This document shows positions 9,940-20,000 of a DNA stretch of 20,000 bases, piece after piece (position 1 is the first letter of the stretch; each line of letters starts with the position of its first letter). Made by a program: the position numbers and the translations under genes. The stretch is from Atractiella rhizophila (taxonomy: Eukaryota), in assembly GCA_021432655.1 (NCBI GenBank), contig MU271332.1, positions 68,679 through 88,678 of the forward strand, given 5' to 3'. Under the pieces are notes generated by a model, which did no database searches, was not told the origin of the DNA, and was given only the letters and a program-made list of their open reading frames with translations.

Positions 9940-11170
9940 GCTGAGGCTCTGGTGGCTCCGTACAGCGTAGCGTAGTGGCGAAAGTAGGGGAGCAGCAAGG
10001 TGAATAAGGTAGAAAGGTAGAAATAGGGAGATGAAGATGGTGGTCCTGTTGAAAGAGATCAGAAAACACGTTCACTCAATCAAGCACCAACACGCACAAG
10101 TATTACTAACAACCAATCCAATCTAACCGAATCTGCATCTATGCTGGGCAATCGCGAGTTGGGCAATCTATCAGGACACAGTTGGGTCGAGAGTTGGGTC
10201 GCAGAGGCGATCGTTTATGTACCAGTGGGGAAGCAAACAATGGTGCGTTGGGGCGAACGGCTCGGAGGTCAAGTGATGGAGGTTGGGGTGCGTGACCACA
10301 GATTTCCTTTCCTCCATCATGCTCTCTCTCTCCGTCTCCGTCTGACCATCGGTCGGTCAAAGACCTTGAGGGAGGACAGGGGTTTTATTCTCCCCTGCAA
10401 TGTCATGTTATAGTGACCATTGAATGCTCGGGTTTCATAAAGAGGATGCACTGTTTCATTTTACGAGTCCCCCTGTATTATTTATTGTCTTCTGCAACGA
10501 GCAAGGCCGTATCCACTACAATTCCAACGGTGAGACTCCGACTTGTCCAGCTCGCATAGCTATATAGTAGTTCACAAGCAATCAGAAGTCTTTAGCATTC
10601 ACTAATGTCTGTCTATATTGGTTGCATCAGGGGAAGGATGCGACTTCTTATGAGCAGGAAACGATCAACTTGATGTGACTGTTGGAGAGATTGTTGAGAT
10701 TTGTGGCAATGCTAACCGAATGAAGTGCTATGCTATGAAACCCATGCAACTCATTCTGTACTTGCGAGGTGATTTCCATAGTTGTCGATTGTTCATCCCA
10801 AGCATCAATCGACAGAAGTGCATGGACTAGAGTAAGTTTAACTGAGACCAGTCGGTCCGATAATATCTGTTTGTTCATAACAGAAATGAGTTACCACAGA
10901 ACGTTCACGTTGCCGAGGCTATGGCGTTAAAGGGCAATGTCATGGTATTTACCCTCTCATTTTTTGGTCGTGCGCAAACGACAATGGTTCAGGAAATGTG
11001 CCCATGTCAATAAATGGATAGATACCAACAAATTTATGCTTTCCATATTATTTGGCATATTCGCAACAGTTGAGTCAGAAGAATTCAAACAATCCTACAG
11101 AACAACCTTCAGCACTTGTCATTCTTCCTCACAATACATCTTTGTAAATAGTCAGAGTACCGTCCATATT

Positions 11171-13601
11171 TTAAGAGCTTATCGACATCAAGGCGGCAGT
11201 GAAAGTGAGCACGAGTCTGGGGCGAACTTCGACGAGCTAGAAAACAAAGGTCAGTTTCCTGTACCTGCTATGCAATGCAAGAACAAAACGTACATCCTCC
11301 GCGACGACGAAGATCAGAGAGCCACACTTTCGTGCAATGGATATGGCAAGTTTGCCTGCGCAAGCAGATTATCAGTGAATATTGCATCGTTCACCACAAG
11401 GAACCAGACGCACAATTCTGCTTGCATTCTTCGTCGTTCTTTCCAGGATAGACAAGAGAATAATCCACGTAACCGGGTCGTATGCTATCCAAAAGATCCA
11501 AAAAGAACAATCCGGTCTTGAGACTAGGATCCTTGAAGCTTCTCATCGAAGAAGTCTTTCCACCTCTCTTGACTTGGTCGTTCGCCCACTTGACGATATC
11601 GTTATCCGTGATCTCCCTTCCTCCCTTGTTCAAGCTGGCCAACGTAGCAATGATGTTCTTTCTACACAACTGCCAGACCAAGCCAAGCGTGAGCGTACGA
11701 TTTCCATCTACGATGTCTGCGCCTTGAATACCAATCATCTGCATTCGATTAGCTTTCGCGAGCTCAACAGCGTAATTCGTGTTTTCGACAGCCTTGAAGC
11801 GGGATAGCGGAAGAGGACCTTTTGCGACTCTGCGCCAGGTGACACAGCCAGGAATAACTTTATCGAACGCTTGAGCGAGGACGATTCCATCCTACTTCCA
11901 TCATCAACGCATTCTTTTGTTCGAGAAGGCAACCCACTTTGAGATCCTCAAACAAGTTATAAACCCCCGGATCAACGTCCAAGCTGTTGAGCCAGAGCGT
12001 GAAAACTCTAGCCTCCCTCTCGCCCTCAGCGTCGAAATCTTCAATAACCGGTCGCTCGGTCTCTTCAAGAGGTTCAAGACCAGGCCAGGTGTTGAAGAGA
12101 TTGGCAACAAAGGCGAGATTGAGCTTGGGATTGCCGGCCACCATCGAGCTCGGAGTGAGGTACTTGCGACATCCGATACGATCCGCATTTTGAAGGACCA
12201 ATTCGGCGCGTTGGTGCAAATCGCGTTCTTGAAGAGGACCGCGAGAACACTCCGCAGGCTTCAGCTGATTCAGGAGAACGGTATAATTTTCGGCATCCGC
12301 AACGTCCTTCGAGAAATTGGAAACCCTGACAGTCCCAAATTATTCTCCAATTGCTGCGAAACATGAGAAAATACTGTACCTTCTAGGCCAGTTGGCAGCC
12401 TTCAAGTGATAATTGAACCATCGGAGAAGAATTTGGTCGGGCGGAAGTCGAAGGAATTCATCCAGTGTCTCCCCATCCTCCAATAACCTATACAACTCCG
12501 GATGAAGCTTGATGTCGATCTTGCTCAACAGACCCCTGCGAATGATCTGCCAAATCAACCCAAGGATCAAGTGTTCCCTTCCCTCGATAAGGTCCGTCGG
12601 ACCAATATTGACGACAGAGCAGCCGATGGCTTTCGCGGATTGGATAACAATATTGTTGTTCTCGGTCATCTGAAAGTTGTTGATCGTCTTAGGCCGTGCG
12701 CTGCCAACCGCAGAGCCTGTCCGCCCATGTCCTTTCGAAGACGGTTTATTGAGCACTCGCTCGTCGATTGTGTCAGGGACAGAGTCGTTGATAAGCTTGG
12801 AGAGAACAAGACCATCTAGGCTCAATCAGTCTTGACCGCTAAAACAGCATGAAAGCGACAGCACCTCGGCATTCGTCAAAGATCTGCATCGTATCTGTTG
12901 GGATAGGCAGTCTGCTTCCAATGTCCGCATCACCTGCCAGAACTCCATTGATGTGCCTCGTGAACTCAGTTCGCTCGTCTTCGTTTATCGTATGGCTGAC
13001 ATTTGCGCTTGAACCCTTGACGAGCACCTTTCCATGACCGGCAGCTGCAGGAGCACCTGGAGCAAGACCTCGTGATGGCAATGCCTAATCGCACAAACAA
13101 TTAACAGGACGCTCCGCATCGTCCAAACCATTCAGCATCCACAAAGTTCCCAAACATATGCGATCACACCATACAGCATGCTCCTAGAATTAAAGGCGAA
13201 GGGGACTCACCCTTCCAGCATCTGCATTTCTACCTTCCTTAAGTTTTGCTATCAATTGCACATAATCCTCAACCTCTAGCAGTCCCGAGCTATCCAGATC
13301 AACCTCCTTCAGGGTCTCTCGAACGGCCTAATGCGATAACAATGTCAGCCCAGGTCTCAGGTCTTCATCTAGCCGACGCACATCATAAGTAGCCATCCCA
13401 TTGCTCGTGACACCTTGCGTGACGGCTTGCTTTGTTACTCTTCCAGTACCTTCGAGATCTATCGCGCTGCAGCCAATAATCCCATCAACCAAGGCAACAA
13501 CGGCTCGGCATGAAAGCAAACGTGAACTGTTGGATGAGCTGATTGAGCTCGTCGGTTGAGAAATCAGGGTACTTCTTTCTGAGTTTTAACATTTGCGCCA
13601 T
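11171..13601 (-). CDS. SAC6: Fimbrin (EF-hand plus four CH domains, actin bundler), multi-exon
   Basis: Start MAQMLKLRKKYPDFS at 13601. Conserved blocks: HTINEDERTEFTRHIN, SKLINDSVPDTIDERVLN, HLILGLIWQIIRRGLL, LPPDQILLRWFNYHL, GNPKLNLAFVANLFN, GEREARVFTLWLNSL and GIQGADIVDG. The end KLAISIARKCGSLIFVVAED|LVEVRPRLVLTFTAALMSISS* stops at 11171-11173. Confidence 0.96.
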
Positions 13602-13934
13602 CTTGAGACAACGTTAGCTGAAGATGGAGTGAGAGGTTGGCTGAGTTCAAAGTTGGTTACTTTCTTGATCAGATCCAGCATTCATACTCTTTCGAGATGC
13701 TGCGGGAGAACAAGACCGCTGCATTTCCGGCCATGTCCGCAGTTGTGAGTAATAACACGCAGCAAGCGAAAACGGAATATTGGAGTGGCGAGTCAGTAGC
13801 TCAAACGTGTTGCAAAGGCACCGAGTACCGGGGAACATGTACGCGAGACGTAAATGAGTAGATTCCAAAGAAACAGAGCCCCAGCACACCACATAATATC
13901 CAACTTATAACTTCTATGTGTGGAGGCAAATAAA

Positions 13935-16900
13935 TTAGAGGCCAAGAAGCCTCATGATTGCGTACCCAACTGTGATGACCACGAGCGTAGCAAGAACGGA
14001 AGCTGGGATACCATTTTTCAGGAAGTCGGTCACTTGGAGGTATCGTTGTCCCAGCTCTGATTCCATATTGGAAGCGCTCATGTTGGGAACTTCAAATCAA
14101 GTCAACTCTCAATCCATCCTGACGGGCAGAGAATGCTCACATCCTGACACCGGCAGTCCCATTCCGGCCGAGCAAACAAGCGCAGTAGCCTGCTCATCTT
14201 GTTCAGCAAAACATAAACTGCTGCGAGAATACGCACCATGATGAGAAGACGAGGGTGTGGTTGCTGAAGAGAGCTGCCAATCTCTGCCGCGAGAGGGACG
14301 ACTAGAACTGCAGCAATGGTATGCGAGATGAAGGTGCCGAGCACCAAGACGATGGCACTAAAAGCGACCAGAATGGTGAAAATGTCCAATCCTTTGATGG
14401 TCCGTTCGACGATCTGATCGAGGTCGTCTAAAAGAAATCATCAGGACGACCAGACCAGCATTATAGGGGAGGCGTGACCTAGCAACCCAGAGCTTAACAC
14501 AGCTTTCCCAAGCGCAATGCCTCCCATGGCCAGGAACACTACGCTCCAAGCCAGATTATCCCAATCCTGCTTCCTCAACACACCAGTACCATAAAAGGCG
14601 ACGAGAGGGATAATGGCAATGACGCCCATATCGCCGATGATGTGCTGAATTTGAGATTGGACAAGCCACAGTGCGATAGTGACAATGGTTATGACAACAG
14701 TGAAGATCTGTGTCCAAGTGAACACATCTTTGCTAGCACGAACGGGATTGATGGGTGTCCCGGACGCCGAACCAAATGACCATAGGAGGAGAAGCCATAT
14801 GAGAAGGACGGAAATGAAGGAAACGGGAATGGCAATAGCGAACCATTCACCCCATCCAAGGACAGGATGCATATATTCGAGGGCGATAAGGTTTTGAGGA
14901 GATGAGATGGGTGACGACTGGCCACTATCAATGAAAGTAAGCAGACGTTTTTGATGGCCAAAACGCTTACCCGACATTGGATGCTAGTGCGATACCCAAG
15001 ATTAAGCTCTTAGAAAAGGCTGAGGTTGGAGGTAAAGTGCGGAGGATCGGCTAGCAAAACAATCGGCATTGATCTGGGCGGTGCCTAGAAAGAAACCTAC
15101 CTGAATGAGAGAATAGCAAAGGACGGGAGCTGCAACGTTGCTTATCCACATAGAGCTGAACGTTGCTACGAACATGTATGCAAGCAGTACATTATGCGGT
15201 TTCGTTCCAGCAAAAGAGAGGACTTTGCGAGCTAGCACCTTGTCAATGTTTTGCTTGGACAGAGCAGCCGCAATCGTGAACCCTCCAATCCTGCAACAAC
15301 CATCAGAAACAACAAATCAGGCAAGCAAACGAGGGACGGACAAGAGCATGATGGTCGGAGAGAACATTTGCGAGAATATAAACCTGCACATTCGTCAAGA
15401 AGCATCGATAACATTGTCGTTGGAACTTACTTTGTCGCTTCCGTCGCTGTTAGTCGCCTTCTCTCATCGTCGGAGCTCCGTAGCACTCTCAGTACAACGA
15501 CAAGGAAAGGAATGCTGAGAGCCGTCACAAACAGAGGGATGGCTTCCGTCGCCCAGAGAATGGTGGCGAAGGCGAGGATTGCGGCACAGTTGCGTTCCTC
15601 GGCTCTGACAGTCCAACCGCTGTTTAATAGGACGATGAAGACGATGAGCGCAACCGCTAGAGAAACCGTCTTCTGGTTTACCCATTGAGGTACCATCCGT
15701 CCACCGATTCTCAGACCTTCGACCGTTTCATCCGCTAATGTGGATACCACAGGCTTTTGGTAAGCTCCTTCATGAGACCATCCTTTCCGCTCCAGTCCGA
15801 TCATTTCTTTGCGACGATTAGCAGGAAAGGTTTGAAGATATGCAGAATGGCGACTGACCTCTCCATATAGTATTCCTCTCCCAAACAACATGCTCCCTCA
15901 CTTGTACCCTCAACTGTCGCTTAGCCTCATTCTCGTTTCCCCTCGTCACGACCTCTGCGTAACACTTCACAACCTTATCTAGCGCATCTTCTAAGCGATT
16001 CCTAGAAGCGGGCGAAAAGGGATGAGAGATATCCACAACTCCAGACAGATAGCTGGATCGGAGACTGGAGAAGAGAATCTTGTCGTATTTCTTGAGGATT
16101 TTACTAAATCCGGTGTGGTTCATAGAGATGTACTGTTGCAGATCATACACTTTCTGCTTCACACTCAGTGACAGCCATGATAAGGGGAAGATTGCAAAAC
16201 GAACGGTGTAAGCGTCCCTCAAATATTTCTTAAACATAATCTTGGCATCCATATTCCAGTCCTCGCTCCCGCTCCACCAACTTTCTCTGCCCGTGTAAGC
16301 CATCGTGGCGCCATCCTCTCCACCATCACTGAGAAAGCTCTTATCCATTGGCAGCAAACCGGTTGTCTTCCTCCTGGAGACTGATCTGGTCCGCGAACGA
16401 CCAGTTCTCCTCCTGGGAAGTTCGGACGTAGATCCGTTGGCCATCGGAGCTGGTTCTTCTGAAATCGTTCGCACGAGAGGATCTGATCTCGTAGCGAGCG
16501 CTTCGGCATCACCGCGAATGGAAGACGGATCCTCGAATCTTATGAGCGGGTCATGTACCGCAACATCCCTCTGCTTCGCGCTCCGGGTGCTTGATACGCT
16601 ACTTGTTCGCCGCCTGTGCGCCTTCTGGTACTTTCGGTGGTCGATCCAGAAAGCCCTGAGCAAGCTTTCTTTGACTAACACGGAGCTTCTCTTTAACAAA
16701 CCTCCTTCTTCCCTTTCATCCTCCGAATCCTCGTCACTCAATTCGCTCCCTTCCTCCTCCGCCATTCTGGCGCTTTCCTCCTCCATTCTTTCAATGTCAT
16801 GTATTAGTGCGTCCAAATCACTCAACACTTCACGCTCCTTCTCAGCATAGAAATCGGTGATGCGGGCAAGCTCCTTGTCCAAAAGCCGAGAGAATTGTCG

Positions 16901-17151
16901 ATCGGCGGATGTCGTGGCAGCCGTATCGACAGAGAGAAGATTAGAGGATTCCAGGTCGTCTGGCGTAGGTTCGAGAGTACCGCTACGGTGTAGGTTGGCT
17001 TTCTCGAGCTCGTAAATGAACGATTTGAGGGCGTCATAGCTTCGAAGACCATAAGAAAGAACCCTTCTTTTATCACATAAAGGGCTTACTTTATGTAGTA
17101 TGACCTCCACTCTTGGACGCTATTGAAAGTCAAAACTGCTGAGAACTTCAT
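13935..17151 (-). CDS. SPX-domain low-affinity phosphate transporter (Pho87/Pho90/Pho91 family), multi-exon
   Basis: The SPX start is MKFSAVLTFNSVQEWRSYYIN|YDALK, with the lysine cluster GFSKILKKYDK and VREHVVWERNTIWR. Membrane-domain motifs: LWATEAIPLFVT, SMWISNVAAPVLC, SPISSPQNLIAL, MGGIALGKAV, TFISHTIAA and GMGLPVSG|FPNM. The stop TAA is at 13935-13937. Confidence 0.94.
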
Positions 17152-17333
17152 CTTTTCCGACTGGCAAGCACGGAAGAGGCGAGCGAAGGTAGTGTCTTGG
17201 CGTGCTGTGTGGTGCAGAGAGTAAGATGGTAGAAGAGTGGTGAGGGGGATAGTTTGAGAGTCTTCCTGTTTACGAGGCCTGAAAAACATTCATCAATAGC
17301 TCCATTGAGTGTGTGGGCTTCCTGGCACGGAGT

Positions 17334-17339
17334 CACGTG
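17334..17339. promoter_or_regulatory. CACGTG E-box (candidate Pho4-type or Cbf1-type bHLH site) in the divergent transporter/HAT promoter
   Basis: agtCACGTGg lies about 180 bp upstream of the transporter ATG (17151). Function is inferred only. Confidence 0.35.
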
Positions 17340-17736
17340 GTGGGGTCTCCCTCTACCAAACTCGAGCAAACGATCATCACGCTTGGATTCCCTTACTCCT
17401 CAACTGCTGGCAACTCTCAGGGAAGGGTACTGGATAAGGTAGAACAGCAAGAGTGGACTGGATATCTACTGGCCTACACGCCACAGCGCCGCTTATAAAG
17501 GAAAACGACAAGCGAGGTAAGCAGCTCGTGTCTTTCAGTATTGGGTCTGTATGATACGCATCCTTGTTCCCCTTCCCTCATGCAACAAGATTCGTAATGT
17601 GCTGTTCCGAGACGCATTGTTTGCTGCTATAGCACTTCCAGTATCATCTGTCGCTGGAGTTCGACTCCTTGACACGAACCAACAAGTGCAGCTGATCCTT
17701 ATCCCGTGGTTGCAGCTCTGCTCTTTCTTCTTTACG

Positions 17737-20000
<2,264 letters not shown>

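Noticed and set aside
10937..11807. Plus-strand ORFs of 194 and 141 aa overlapping the fimbrin 3' end
   Set aside because: They are antisense to conserved fimbrin exons, with no domain or supporting splice structure.
17551..17736. In-frame upstream extension of the HAT ORF (MIRILVPLP...)
   Set aside because: It reads like UTR sequence with a pyrimidine tract just before ATG 17737, which is the more plausible start. It cannot be fully excluded.

Overview
Intron-rich, gene-dense fungal DNA. Short ~50-60 nt GT-AG introns and the protein content suggest a basidiomycete (inference). Seven protein-coding genes can be reconstructed by hand-splicing: a P5A-type ATPase (SPF1/ATP13A1, +), a MYND zinc-finger protein (-), a longin R-SNARE (VAMP7-like, +), a NEM1-like FCP1/NIF phosphatase (-), fimbrin (-), an SPX-domain Pho87/Pho90/Pho91-family phosphate transporter (-), and a double-PHD MYST acetyltransferase (+, runs off the right edge). 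The most striking structure is that 1..386 is an apparently exact copy, intron included, of 4328..4713. So a C-terminally truncated second SPF1 copy sits directly upstream of the intact gene, with an in-frame stop created at the junction. Smaller oddities include a His->Asp change in the second PHD finger, an E-box upstream of the phosphate transporter, a likely 5'UTR intron and uORF in NEM1, a compositionally distinct VAMP7/NEM1 island, and possible gene relics in the intergenic DNA. I see no convincing evidence of a wholly new multi-gene system. Exon boundaries are hand-derived and unverified by transcripts.
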